A stretch of 64,000 bases of DNA from Psammoneis japonica. Its lineage: Eukaryota. Every line of letters starts with the position of its first letter. Position 1 is the stretch's first letter. The notes under the pieces were generated by a model, which was given only the letters and a program-made list of their open reading frames with translations, had not been told where the DNA came from and ran no database searches. Below, one piece after another: positions 1 to 12,503 of this stretch. A program made the translations under genes and the position numbers. The stretch spans positions 1 through 64,000 of the forward strand of contig QPGO01000167.1 in the NCBI GenBank assembly GCA_008632985.1, in the 5' to 3' direction.

Positions 1-1242
1 GGATATCCGGATGACTGGGAGTCGTACAATCCATACATTCCATACAAGGAATCAGAGAATGCTTGCAAAGATTGCGCCTCCAGTATAACTGGAGATTGCA
101 AGTTTCACAAGCAATCTCCGATTCATTTGCATCGCAACATTACAAGAAATCGCGAATGCCGAGACCGTCACTGGATGGCCTATAAGCGTGGTACGTGTGG
201 CTTTGGTGACATGAAATTTAAAGTGGAACGGCACGTCCTTCGTGCCTACCAACCCTTGAATGACCAAGCGCAAAGCACGTGTTCCAAACCCTCCAGTATC
301 GACTTTTCGTGGGGATTCCCCCGACGATGGCATTTGGTCCATACGGATATATCGGTTCCTAGTAATCACATGCAAGATGGAAAGCTCTATGACGCGGAGG
401 TTGTCCTGGCTCACATTTACTCGGTCAAAAAGTATGATCGTCTGGTGAGTATGTCTTGTGTTTTTTAGTTGTGCTGCGAAAGTTTACTGGAATGTTACTC
501 TCACCATAACTATGTACTATCTCCTTTATAGATTGGAAAAGTATCGATATTCTTGGAAGCTGGAAAGGAAAGTGACAAGTTTGCATTTCTTCAATCGTAC
601 ATTAATCGTTGGAAGAACGCCGCCCAAAATGTCAGAAACAAATGCGCTCGTAGGAGAGAACTAGGAATGTACAATGAGACCATTGACGAAATATCGGAGG
701 AAGGGGATCTGGACCCGTTTCATCATGACGGAATCCGTGGAGAAGATTTGGAAGGTAAAGGTCGACTATTGCAGAAAAAGAAATTCCACCCATACGAATG
801 GCTCAAGAAAGTTCAGACGGAGGTAAGATACGCCTTCAGCTCATCATCTTCTTGCCTCTTGAGCTTCCTCACAAACTTGTTGTTCTTTACGTCCCACTCT
901 CAGTATTACTTCCGCTACGAGGGTTCTCAGGGAGTACCACCGTGTATGGAAGCAGTCCATTGGCGAGTAATGAAGGATCCCATAATAGTTGCCCCCTCCC
1001 AAATTGAGGAACTGGAAAAGCTCATGGCCAAACGGATTGATCCAACTACGTGCAAACCGGATCATGCTGGGAGACGTGCCAACAATGGAAAGCTCCAATT
1101 CAATAGGCCCATCCAGACCACAACGGCAGCACACAAGGTTGTCTTTTGTGAATGCGTCGACTGGCCGTCCAAGCAGCAGAAAGATGTAAACTGGTGCAAG
1201 CGGTCGATGAATTATCGTGGTGTTCGTCCTCTCAAGAAATAG
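1..1242 (+). CDS. Alpha-carbonic-anhydrase-like protein, 5' partial; exons <1..444, 532..822, 904..1242
   Basis: Open frame from base 1 contains QSPI, VPSNH..DGKLYDAEVVLAH and YFRYEGSQGVPPCMEAVHW, all alpha-CA motifs. GT-AG introns 445..531 and 823..903 keep the frame. Confidence 0.85.
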
Positions 1243-1529
1243 GTGGCTTGAATGGTAGTGGGGTCAGTGTCATAGATTTACACGAAATAAATAGCTGTTT
1301 TTCTCGATTCATTACGGTGGTATCCTACTCAATCGTACACACACCGAACTATACATCTTCTGCGCTACTAGGCTTCAAACTAGATTGTATCTCTAGCCTA
1401 GAGATGAGCATCATAGCAGTTACCTATTACCAGTCGTTCGATCGCCGCCGGGACACAACCCGCACGCGCTCTGTACACGCGGACCCCGCACCCCGCAGAC
1501 TTCACAACTCGCGTTGTTGTTGCACACGT

Positions 1530-2155
1530 TTGCATTCAGCTCCCTCTGTATTTACCGCATTGTTGTCCCCGTCCACATATCTTACATACACACAGCACGA
1601 GGAACCAGAGGAGAGAGTTTCCAATCTCAATCAAAGGTGAACTCGGGCTCCGAGCAGCCACGGCGTTCCATTGGAATTTGGATTGTGCAACTTCAGCAGA
1701 ACCTGCCGCCGCATCTGGTCAACATTTGTGGCAAAATGGCAGATGTTGATCCAACATTTGTGATGGCATGGTGTCATCTCAAGGTGGCCACAGAAGCTGT
1801 GTCCCCCCCCCCCCCGTCCCCCCATTGCTCGTCACATGCGCACATTTCTGTGTGCATTCTTTTGCAAAATTGTTTCATGCTCCCTGTTTTGCAAAGCCAC
1901 AAAGGCTTTTTTCTGCACTTGTGAAAGCCAAAATTGGCTGGGTGTGTGTTCTTTGATGCACGCAAAACACAACCGGGCAAACTGGAAATGATGTGCTTCA
2001 AGTGTGGAAGAGCCTGTTCATTTGGGCTTGGCTCTGAGGCAACGAAATTTGTTTCCAACTCCCCACCTTGTCAAACATCTGGAGTTTGATGGCAGCACAA
2101 GTTTGCAAGGGGTGTGTGCAATTGCATCAAACCTGCAAAATGTGGAAAAGTTCAT
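1530..2155 (+). pseudogene. Decayed 5' part of an RI-type LRR gene, interrupted by a ~245-bp insert
   Basis: Colinear with the reverse complement of ~50680-51075 (SSEQPRRS..QNL..L.NIC....DPT, LGLAL.QRN.FP, AIASNLQNVE). Confidence 0.8.
1778..2023 (+). repeat. ~245-bp dispersed element, copy A, inserted in the LRR pseudogene
   Basis: Near-identical reverse-complement copy at 2901..3144. Absent from the intact LRR paralogue. Confidence 0.85.
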
Positions 2156-2900
2156 CCAAATGACCCACCATTGGGTGATTTGCAGAAGCTCTTAAAAGGC
2201 ACAATGTGAGAGTGATCCAATGTCTGTGTGGGAATGACCCCTTTCTGCTGACACCCCCCCCCCCCCCCACCCACACACACACACACTGGGAGAATCAAAA
2301 GCCTGGCAAAAGCAGGGTTGAAGATCTGCTGGTGCAACAGAGAAGTGGCACAAGTCATGACTGCCAGACAGACAGCAAAATGAACCTTGCTTTGTGGCGG
2401 GGCAACATGCTCTTTGGCTGATGAATCTCCTCTGCCTGTGCTCCTTGCACAAAACCTGTCAATGTTCTTGACAACCTTGAGTGCCATGATGCACCCACAA
2501 GCAACATCAAATGAGACAGCAGCTGGTTTGTTTGAAAAAACATGTCATCACCCACACTGTTGGCACTGTTCAGCCCAGTGAGCTGGGCCATGCAAAGGTC
2601 ATTGCAGCTGACATGTGCTCATTCACACACAGCCCCTTGTCAAGTGCAGTGAACTTGTCCTTGCAAATGTTGTCCTTCTTGATGCTGAAGTTGAGAGCAG
2701 TCCTGACAACACAGGTTTTGCAGATGCATCACATTGTTGCATGCCTTGAGTTTGCTTTGCTTGTTGAGCTGGCATGTTCCAGCCCTGAGTGGGGCTGTGA
2801 ACAACTTTGAGCCTGTGAAATTCTGCGCATGAGCTCCACAGCAAAAATGTCAGGCAATGAAAACATGAGTGATCACCAACAGAGAAAGAGACAATTTTGC

Positions 2901-3144
2901 AAATGAACAGGCTCCTCCGCACATTGAGCACATCATTTCCAGTTTGCCTGGTTGTGTTTTGTGTGCATAAAGAACACACACCCAAGCCAATTTTGGCTTT
3001 CACAAGTGCAGAAAAAAGCCTTTGTGGCTTTGCAAAACAGGGAGCATGAAACAATTTTGCAAAAGATTGCACACAAAAATGTGTGTGTGTGATGAGCAAT
3101 GGGGGGACAGGGGGGGGGGGCACAGCTTCTGTGGCCACCTTGAT
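2901..3144 (-). repeat. ~245-bp dispersed element, copy B (inverted)
   Basis: Reverse complement of 1778..2023 (AAGGTGGCCACAGAAGCTGTG-polyC...AGCCTGTTCATTT). Confidence 0.85.
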
Positions 3145-4555
3145 CTTCTTCAACAAATGTCAGCCAGCCCGCTTTTAGACTGCTGCATCTTTGCTTTTGG
3201 CCACAACAACGCTGGATCCAAAGTGGCTGTCAAATGCAAGACGTGCCTGCCTCAACTTGCAGCTGCGCCCATTTGTCCACCTGCGACAAAGTGTTTGCAC
3301 AACAATGGCCATCAGGCAGACAGGAGGTGCCAAGCACATGTGGGCGAACAAAGATCATGGTGCTGTTGATGTGACACAAAGGTCGTGGCACTGCACAACA
3401 TGCAAAAGAATTGCAAAAGTGCCCCCCAGCACTCTTTTGCATGCAGTCTTGCAGTCAGAGGCAGGATGCAGGCACAAGAAAATGGCAACGTTGTTTGTCG
3501 GCAATGCAAAGTTAAATTTTTGACGCTGTCTGCGGCGCACCAGAGAAGTCACCACTCACTTGACAATCAGCCCAACTCAGGTTGTTGGACAGATGACCCT
3601 TGTCTTCAACACAGCCAAAATGAGGACACAAGCAGAGCAGCGTGGTTGATGAAATGCAATGAGAGAAAGGCTGCAATTTGTTGGTGTCATGCAGCAACTG
3701 CATCGCGTCGATTGCTTCACAACAGTGCAGTGGCACCTGTGTTCAGCGCACCACAGGGCCCATCACAGACTCTCTGCTGCACTGGCCACTGGAGCAGAGT
3801 GCAGTTTTTTGAGGTCTGTGCTGCTGCAGCCTGTGCTCATGTCGAAGGCCAGACAGCTGGGCTTTCCCGTGCGTGCGTCGAGCGCGTTGCATCATGCAGC
3901 ACACGCTGCATGCCGTGTGTGCGTCATGCGCATTGCATCATGCAGCACACACTGCTGCATCATGCCAGCACCGCACCGCTGGCATGCATGCTGCGCAGTG
4001 CAAAACGGCACATTTGTTGGTCAGGCATCGACGCTGCTTGATGCCTCAGCCAAGTCATTGTTCGAGACAGTTTCTCAAGATGTTCCACCCAATTGGATGA
4101 CAGCAAACACAACACTTCGAAGGGACTGTCTGAAACAGTGATTCTGGGGGCACACACGCGATTTGGTGAGAAACGGCAGGTTGATCTGGTTGCCGCTTAG
4201 AGAAGGCTGTGGAGGGAGTTGGAAGCTCGGCCTTGCGCGGTGTGACCGCACGTTGAGTCTCGCTCACGAATCGTGATGATGACACTTTTCTTTTGTCACA
4301 ACGTTGACGACCGCCATGGTCCATTTGGGCAAAGAGGTGGATTTTACTAAAAAATGGCTCCTGCGTGATTTCTACGGCGTCCCCACGCTAAATGGGAACA
4401 GATCCGCGATTGCTTGGTCGTGTGCAGCACAATAGATGATGAGTCGCAGATTATTGGCACTGTCACCTTTATTGTTGAGTGCCACCCCCGGATGCCAAAC
4501 GCCATTTTCCCGGTTTGATTTTTTGTGATTTGTGGCTGTTCGACGAAACTGGAAG

Positions 4556-6479
4556 ATGACGGACCAGCATCCGCACGGCCAAGGCTCCTCTGGTGAAAAA
4601 CAAGAAAAATTGGTGCCATCGTCCGCGTATGGGTCGAGTCATGTACGCAAAGCGTGGGCGAAACCGTACGAACTGTCATCGAACGAACAAGCAGAATCAA
4701 CAACAAGAGAGTGTGAGGGTTCTCCTCGAACGAACAAAAAGTTTGCGAAGCGTATGCAAGGCGAGAGACCACGACAGGAAGAATCTCAATCAGAGCACTA
4801 CCCTCCAGTGTACAAAGGAGATCCGAACCTTGACACACACATCCCAGAACACTCCCCTCTCGAGTGTTGGTGGCATCGCTCGTCATTCTGTTCGTTCCAG
4901 TCTTCGGAGAGAGGAAGAAGACTCCTGTGAAAACCGAGCGGTGCTTCCTGTAAGACGAAACTCACAGAATCCTGAGACACATCGACACACCCAAAAGCCC
5001 CCCGTTGCAACTGCCGCAGCTGCCGGAGCGTTTGCGGTAGCTGGACCTGGTTCTGCTAATGACACAAGCGCGGCTTTGCCGAGACAAGTGGTGGTGGATT
5101 CGTCAAATGAGCAACCTTCGATACCCATTGCTGCAGAGTTGGTGTCGGGTCCTGAAGGTCCTTTAACTCAAGAGATTCGAGAGCAATTACGAGCGGAACT
5201 TAGAGAAGCGATGGAAGCAGAGCTACAGAATCGAATTGTTGACGCACAAGTAATTCCTATGGATGAGGAGGACTACCAGTCAAAACTACCTGATCAAAAG
5301 GAGCATCGAGTTGGACCAGAAGAGACTGCAATGGAAGTTGATGAAGAACGAAACAAGGACTCAGAAATTTCGCCTCGGAAGCGCCGAAGGTACTGCATTG
5401 CCATCGTCTTTGTAGTTCTTTTGCTAGGGGCCGCAGGGGCAGTCGTGGCTGTGCTGCTAGCAGGCAAAAATGGCAGCGGCACACCCAGTATCCCTGCAGG
5501 CGCTGAGGGTGCCGCAGGAGGAAACAATGACACCGCCCCGCCAACTACAATTAAGCCAATTCCGCCTGCACAAATTACGACACCACCCCAAGCTCCGGTT
5601 CCAACGCTCGATTCGACACCACTACCGTCACCTCCGCCGACACCAGCCCTAACGCCTCCGCCGACACCACCTCCGACCCGGCCACCGACGCCGACACCGA
5701 CCCCTCCACCTACCCCACCTCTGACCCGGCCACCAACCCGTCCTCCGACCCGGCCACCAACCCGTCCTCCGACCAGGCCACCTACACCACGCCCAACTCC
5801 TTCACCGATCTCAAGGCCTAACTTCTTTTTCAACCGAAACGTTCCGTCAGAATTACATACAAAAATGCTAGAGTATTCAAATACCGGGAGCAACATCAAA
5901 TGCGTTTCCTTTACTCCAAGTGGTGGCTGGAGTATATTGCACGGGTACAATAGCTACTGGAACTTCAACGTACCAAACACAGCCCACGAGAGGATGAAAG
6001 AACTATGGGATGAAGGACAAGAACTCAAGTTTGTCGCTTATGCTCCCAATGGCGGTTGGAGCATACTTTACGGGCGGAACGGCTACTCCAACTACAACGT
6101 CCCGACCGAATTCAATACCAAAATGAGGGAGTTTAACGCTGGTGGGTATGAACTCAAGTGTGCCGCCTTTACGCCAGACGGTGCAGGTTGGACTATTCTG
6201 TATGGCTCTAATGGGTACTTGAGTCGCAACGTGCCACAGGATTCCATCACAAAGTTACAAGAGCTGAACAGCAATGGATATCATCTCAAACTAATCGCTT
6301 ACACTTACCCACCACTCAATAATGGCTGGACCATCTTCTACGGCAGAAATGGATACTGGAACCAGAACGTTCCAATCGAAGCACACGAGAAAATTGGAGA
6401 GTATTCCAGTACAGGGTATGAACTGAAGCTGGTGGCTTATACTCCCAACGGTCGCGGCTGGAGTGTGTTGGCGAACTAA
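4556..6479 (+). CDS. Single-pass membrane protein with a Pro/Thr stalk and five ~43-aa C-terminal repeats
   Basis: ORF 4593..6479 has KRRR, a TM segment (YCIAIVFVVLLLGAAGAVVAVLL), a (PPTR)n stalk and 5x N.P..(helix)..G.(E)LK..A(F/Y).P.G.GW.I.YG. The start is inferred: ATG 4556 plus a putative intron 4810..4900 restores the frame. Confidence 0.75.
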
Positions 6480-6584
6480 ACAACAAGATCCCGCATTTGT
6501 CGGTAAACTACAGTGGAAAGTCGGTTGCGATGAGATTATAACTTCATGTTGTCTGCTGATGAAGCATTGACAAACGTAAGAACA

Positions 6585-6776
6585 ACAGTTTTTGCAAAAA
6601 GAAAACCACGGTGTGTAAAACCAAACAAACCACGATTTTTCTGCCGACCGGGTCGTGCCTGAGTCTGTCGTGAGTTCAAAATTCTCCTCTGTTAAGGCAA
6701 GTAATCGAGAAGCAGCAGAGTTCAAGGGTGCCGACGATAATATCAGCACAATCAGAATATTCTGTATAAGCATCAT
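6585..6776 (-). pseudogene. Thioredoxin/PDI-like gene fragment
   Basis: Signal-like MMLIQNILIVLILSSAPL, then LTEENFE...WFVWFYTPWFSFCK, resembling WFVKFYAPWCGHCK with the first Cys lost. No continuation of the domain. Confidence 0.55.
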
Positions 6777-7099
6777 TATCAGCTTGGCGTTGTTGATAAA
6801 ACGGTACCACCAATTTCGATGAGACTTAGACTTGTCTTCGGTCTCCTTTTCCATTGATTAGCGTCCAACCAGGGCAGTTATTCAGCACAAAATCGAGACT
6901 ACTGTATTCAGAAACTCAAGACTTTTCAGAACTCCCCATGTGTTGATGATGTGCCGCTTCCCACTTTCCGCATTTCCAATCTGGTGTAATTAGCCTAGAA
7001 CGATAATCCATTTTCATACATTTTTGTGGGAGCATTTCCGAAATGCCGAACACTTGCCGAACCTTCTGCACTGTAGGGCAGGAATGACTTCCAGGCAGA

Positions 7100-10000
7100 A
7101 AGAGCACATTCACGTCAGCAACCATCACTCTCACCTGATGACGAAAAAAAAAAAAGGGTAAGGTGCCATGCACATGCATGTCACCTCCTGCCAAGCCTGT
7201 CACAATTCCTCACAAACTGCATCAATCCTCATTGCAACCATGACTGCCACCCTGCATCCTGACACTCTTCCTGATTCCCATGATGTTCCCTTGCTGCAGG
7301 CAACAAATGCTCTGCTCAAGGTGGCCCGTGTCACCCCTGGTGTCCTTTGTGCACCTGTCACTGATGAATCCATGCTGTGGTGTGCCCAGCACTGGCTCTC
7401 ATCAGGCTGATCTAGTTGCTGCTGCAAGGACTTGTTTGCTTGCTGTCCTGATTTAATGCCATCCATGAACCAAGTCGATGCAACCAGTGTCACACAACTT
7501 TTGGTGCTTGCACGCAGAACCAGCACCTCCATCCACAGAAGATGCAGCCAGTTGTTGTCTCCATTCCTGCACCTGCATGAGGCATCTCTGCATCTGATGC
7601 TGATGCCACACAGCACCCATGGATTTGCCCCATTAGATTGACACAAGAGCAGCAAACTGTCTCTTGGACATGGCTTTTGATGATCTAACAAGGAAATTGA
7701 CTGGTCCTGAGAGAGAAGCAGAGATGTCAGGAAAAGTCTGCTTTGGCGTCTTGTTCCAAGAGAAAGAGCAATGCCACAAGATCTTCCATGATTCAAGCAG
7801 ATGCAATGATGTTTGCAAAATTGCCATGTGATTCCTGGGAAGAGATGGCTTTTTAAATCAATGATTGTTGTTTGCAACAGCAGCTTCATCCCATTTCTCA
7901 AATCCGAGTGTCTCTCATTTGCCAGACATTTTGCTTCTGTGCCTGCACCAACTTGACAATGTTGATTTTTTGTCTGAGAAGTGTGGAAAATGTCATTGGC
8001 AAAATTTGTCCATGACAAATGGCGCGCACCAACAAGGGAGCAAAGAACAAGACACCAACCAAGAAAACAGCTGGCAAGAACAATCAGAAGCGCCTTGTGC
8101 AGCAGTGCAGAGTTGTGGCACACAAGAGAGTGTGGATTAAAAAAATGTGGAGCCTGCTAAAAAAAAGGAGCAGATTGCCAACTCAGAAAGGGCAGCAGAA
8201 GGAACTGGAAATCAGCAATGATGTTGAATCTGGACTGGGCAAATGCAAAACATTTGACAGTGTGGCTGATGCAATGAAGGCGTGGGAGATGATTGTGAAG
8301 ATTCGGAGGATGGAAGAATGCAACAGCAGCGGTGCTTTGCCTGAAGACAGCTGCACTTGCAGGTGTGATCATTTGTGAGTCAGATCCAGAGAATCTTTGT
8401 CTTTTGGAAATTGTGAGAGTTGCAGATGACAGTCTGCAGGTTTGGGAGCACCACAGATGCACCATGAGTCGTGCACAAATGTGACAATGCCGCTGGGTGA
8501 AAGGGTGACCCTGGCGCCAAGGTGGGTGCAATGCTCCAGCCAGCTGACACATTGATGGTGGCTCCAGTCAAAGCATTGCTGGGGCTGAAGCTGAAGGCTG
8601 CAGCAATGACCAGGTCCAGCCATGTTGCCTCTGCCTTTGAGCCAGTTGGTGGCTGCTGGCACAGTCTCACAAGCAGAAGCATGTTGCCAGCGGCCAAGGT
8701 GGCTTGTGTGGCATGACACTCAGCAGAGTGGGCGGCTCGGAGCTGGGCACTGAGTGCCATTGTCAGTGACAACAACTTGCGCAGGGAGTGCCAGAGAGGT
8801 GGTGGCCAGACTGTCTGCTGTTGCAGAGATGCCAAGCAACAGCCAGGGCAATGTTGTTGGAATTGAGGTCTGGACAAACACCACCACACTGCTTTGACAG
8901 CTGTGCTGACCAGATTGGAGCTGGAGAATGCCAAAAAGGCCAGAAATGGTCCCTCCAGAAGGAAGGCACCATCAAGAAAGTGGACAGCAGTCCATGACCA
9001 CACTTCTCAGAGAGAGAAAACAAGGCAGCCAGCAATGCAGAAGCGCCAGAAGCTGAAGCTGAAGCACCAGCGGTGATGAAAGAAAAGAACAAGATTGCTG
9101 CAGCTTCTTGAGTGCTTGCAGCCATGAGTGCTGCTTCTGCGGCATGCAAAATGCCTCTGAAGCAGCGTCACAAAAAAACAGACCCCGCCCCACTCACGCA
9201 TGGGGGGGCATGGACCACCATCTCCTGTTGGTCTCTGATCTGTGCCAAGGCAACATTGGGGAAGCACAACATCCAATCTGAGCAGGAGCTTGAGCTGTGG
9301 GACATTTGCAAGAATGACAAAGCCCTCATCATCATCTCCAATGATGAGCTGTTGGCAAGCCCCCTTTTTGTTTGTTGACACATGTTGAGTGCACCTCACT
9401 TGACAACACTGGCACCACCATCCAAGGGTGACAGAGCAGTCATTGAGCATTGCACTGCATGAGTTGACACAGATGACTCCCTCTGAGCTGAATCTTTGGA
9501 GGCTTGGAGAGACACCATTGGTGCATGCAGCTTGGCTCCAGGGGTGAAAACTTTGGATTTGAGTGATGATGGCACCATTTGTGTCACAGAACCTTTGGCC
9601 CTTGGTGCAGGCTGTTGGCTGCATTGTCAGGGCTGGGGGGCACCACTCAAATGTGCAATGCTCCAGTGCTTGTGTGGCATCACAGATGAAAGTGCAGCAG
9701 CTTTTTTCAGGGGCCAAAAATGAGAAAAGGGTGTTCCACTTGCATCTGTCACACAGCTCCATTGGCAGCATGTGCCAAAAATGAGAGATTTGGAGCACTG
9801 TTTGAGAGGAGCCCACTGTCTTCCAGCGGGCTGCAAGTTGCGAAGGCAACATGAGGAAATCCAGACATCTGGATGGCTGAGCCCTCCAGATGACACAATC
9901 TGACAGCTGTTGCTGCAGTGATCATGATGTGGAGGAGAGTCTTTTGTTTTGTGTGGTGCGAGTCTGGCAGCTCTGTGTGTGCACAGCAGATGAGCTCATT

Positions 10001-11100
10001 GGGAATGGTGCTGCCAAGTTGCTCTCCTTTTAATTGAATCCCAACAGTCACAACCAAGCTTGAAGAGGGAAAGCCAGATGGGTGGGAGACAAGGAGATGC
10101 TGCCTGGGGATGCTGTGTTGACCCCCACCATCTCATCGTCTGCACAAATCTGTCGCTGAAGGCAATCTCTGCACCTGGTCAAGCCACTTGCAATGCCAGC
10201 TGCAAGTGTTCTCCAGCCAAATTGGCTGGACATTAGAGGGGGCTTGTTCTGGAGTGCCATCACATTGCTGTCTGTTGTGATGAATTCTCACACCTCACGA
10301 GCCTGTTTTTGTGAGAGTCAGGTTCATCTGCGCAGGATGTGTCTGGTCCTTTTTGACCCTTTCCCCTCATTCTTCAACCACATTGTCTTCACAATCTAAG
10401 ACATGACATTGTCCATGTTGTTTTTGGAGATCTTGGTGGTGCAACTGCATTTCTGGGCTTTGCACTTGGTGAAATGAAGAGGTGGAGGATGGTTTGGCCG
10501 GGCACCTCACCTCCTCTTGGCTGCGCGGATGCCACAAACCACTGCTGGTGCCAGGTTCCATAAAATTTGGCAGAGTCACTCAGAACCACCTCTGGGAGCT
10601 CATGTGGTGAGTGTGCTGTGATGTGTGTCCTCATTGGTTCATTGTTGTGTGTTTCGTTCCACTCGCCACATTTGCACCGCCTTGCTTGCTTGTCAGCAGT
10701 TTGCCAGCACGGAGTGTCTGTGGCTGCTGCGAGAGCCACATGACATGTGTTCTTTGACAACATTTGTTCATTTGGGGAATCAGATCCTGGAGTTTTCATT
10801 GTCTGGTTGTGGACAAATGTGGAAGATGGAGTTTGCTGCAGCAGGCGAACGTGCAATTGCGCTGTGTCTCTCGACGGCAGAGTTGGCAGCGAGCGTGTGC
10901 ACATTGTCCCATGAGCACCAAACCAGCAGATGATGTGTTTGGATTTAGATGGCTCAATGGCTGTCATTGTTTGTTAGTCTGCCAGTGTTCATTAGAGTTG
11001 CGACTGTGTTGGAGCAACATCACATCATGGTCATGCCAGGTGCGGCACGGCGGTGGCACGGGCACAATGCGGTGGCCCTTCCGGACTTCTTTTGCGTGTT
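7100..11100. other. TpA-depleted decayed block 2, grading out towards ~12.1 kb
   Basis: Same dinucleotide bias as block 1. Confidence 0.85.
9245..9905 (+). pseudogene. Heavily decayed RI-type LRR gene copy
   Basis: Colinear with ~13975-14840, including 3' flank, with many indels. The stop TAG has become CAG (GAGGAAATCTAG vs GAGGAAATCCAG). Confidence 0.8.
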
Positions 11101-12447
11101 TTCGACATGTGTTTGTAAAAAGCATAAAAAATTACCAATCTTTTAATCATTTATGACGCAATTATGGAAAAAATATCCCAACGCATTCGGCGCTCACCGT
11201 GCAAACAACACGACAATGGCCGAAATGCCGTTCGTTCTCGAAAAATTAGAGGGGCAGCCTCCAACTTTTTTCAGGGTATATCTCGTTTGATATAGGTAAC
11301 AAACTTATGAAGAAAGTTGGAGGCATACCCACCTCCATTGCGTTCAACGAACGGCATTTCAGCCATTGTCGTGTTGTTCTGCACGGTGAGCTCATAGAAT
11401 TCGCGCTCAAGACGTTTGAGCGTTTTTCCATAAATCGCACGCATTCGCAAAAACTACTGTCTTATTTTTATCCGTTTTTCCAGTGAAATTTCCAAAATGC
11501 CACAAACCACTGCTGGTGCCAGGTTCCATAAAATTTGGCAGAGTCACTCAGAACCACCTCTGGGAGCTCATGTGGTGAGTGTGCTGTGATGTGTGTCCTC
11601 ATTGGTTCATTGTTGTGTGCTTTGTTCCGCTCACGTTTGCATTTTGCTTGTCAGCTTGCCAGCATGGATGTCTGTGGCTGCTGCGAGAGCCGCGCGACAT
11701 GTGTTCTTTGACAACATTTGTTCATTTGGGGAATCAGATCCTGGAGTTTTCATTGTCTGGTTGTGGACAAATGTGGAAGATGGAGTTTGCTGCAGCAGGC
11801 GAACGTGCAATTGCGCTGTGTCTCTCGACGGCAGAGTTGGCAGCGAGCGTGTGTACATTGTCCCATGAGCGCCAAACCAGCAGATGATGTGTTTGGATTT
11901 AGATGGCTCAATGGCTGTCATTGTTTGTTAGTCTACCAGTGTTCATTAGAGTTGCGACTGTGTTGGAGCAACATCACATCATGGTCATGCCAGGTACGGC
12001 ACGGAGGTGGCACGGTGCACAGTGCGGTGGCCCTTCCGGACTTCTTTTGCGTGTTTTCGACATATATTTGTAAAAAGCATAAAAAATAACCAATCTTTTA
12101 ATCATTTATGACGCAATTATGGAAAAAATATCCCAACGCGTTCGGCGCTCACCGTGCAAACAACACGACAATGGCCGAAATGCCGTTCGTTCTCGAAATC
12201 TTAGAGGGGAAGCCTCCAACTTTTTTCAGGGTATATCTCGCTTGATATGGGTAACAAACTTATGAAGAAAGTTGGAGGCCTACCCACCTCCATTGCGTTC
12301 AACGAACGGCATTTCAGCCATTGTCGTGTTGTTTGCACGGTGAGCTCAGAATTCGCGCTCAAGCCGTTTGAGCGTTTTTCTATAAATCGCACGCATTCGC
12401 AAAAAATACTGTCTTATTTTATCCGTTTTTCAAGTGCGTTCCAAAAT
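10529..12447 (+). repeat. Tandem duplication of a ~960-bp unit (10529..11496, 11497..~12447)
   Basis: Both copies begin ATGCCACAAACCACTGCTGGTGCCAGG and end near TTCCAAAAT. Confidence 0.92.
11192..11391. repeat. 45-bp inverted repeat with a nested short hairpin; second copy at 12147..12345
   Basis: Arms 11192..11236/11346..11391 and 12147..12191/12301..12345 (one mismatch in copy 2). Inner GCCTCCAACTTT/AAAGTTGGAGGC pair. Confidence 0.85.
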
Positions 12448-12503
12448 CCAAAAGTTTCCAAATTATTGTTAAAATTCTCAGTCTCTCTGAAAGTCAATCT
12501 CAT

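Larger units (their letters stand above)
1600..4150. other. TpA-depleted, TpG/CpA-rich decayed block 1
   Basis: TA nearly absent except in TTA/TAA contexts. Spurious Cys/His/Gln-rich, Tyr-free ORFs in all frames. Confidence 0.85.

Noticed and set aside
5294..5950. Gly/Val-rich minus-strand ORF
   Set aside because: It is the antisense of the Pro/Thr stalk.
8013..8378. MARTNKGAK... resembling a histone H3 tail
   Set aside because: Only the first four residues match, there is no histone fold, and it lies in a decayed block.
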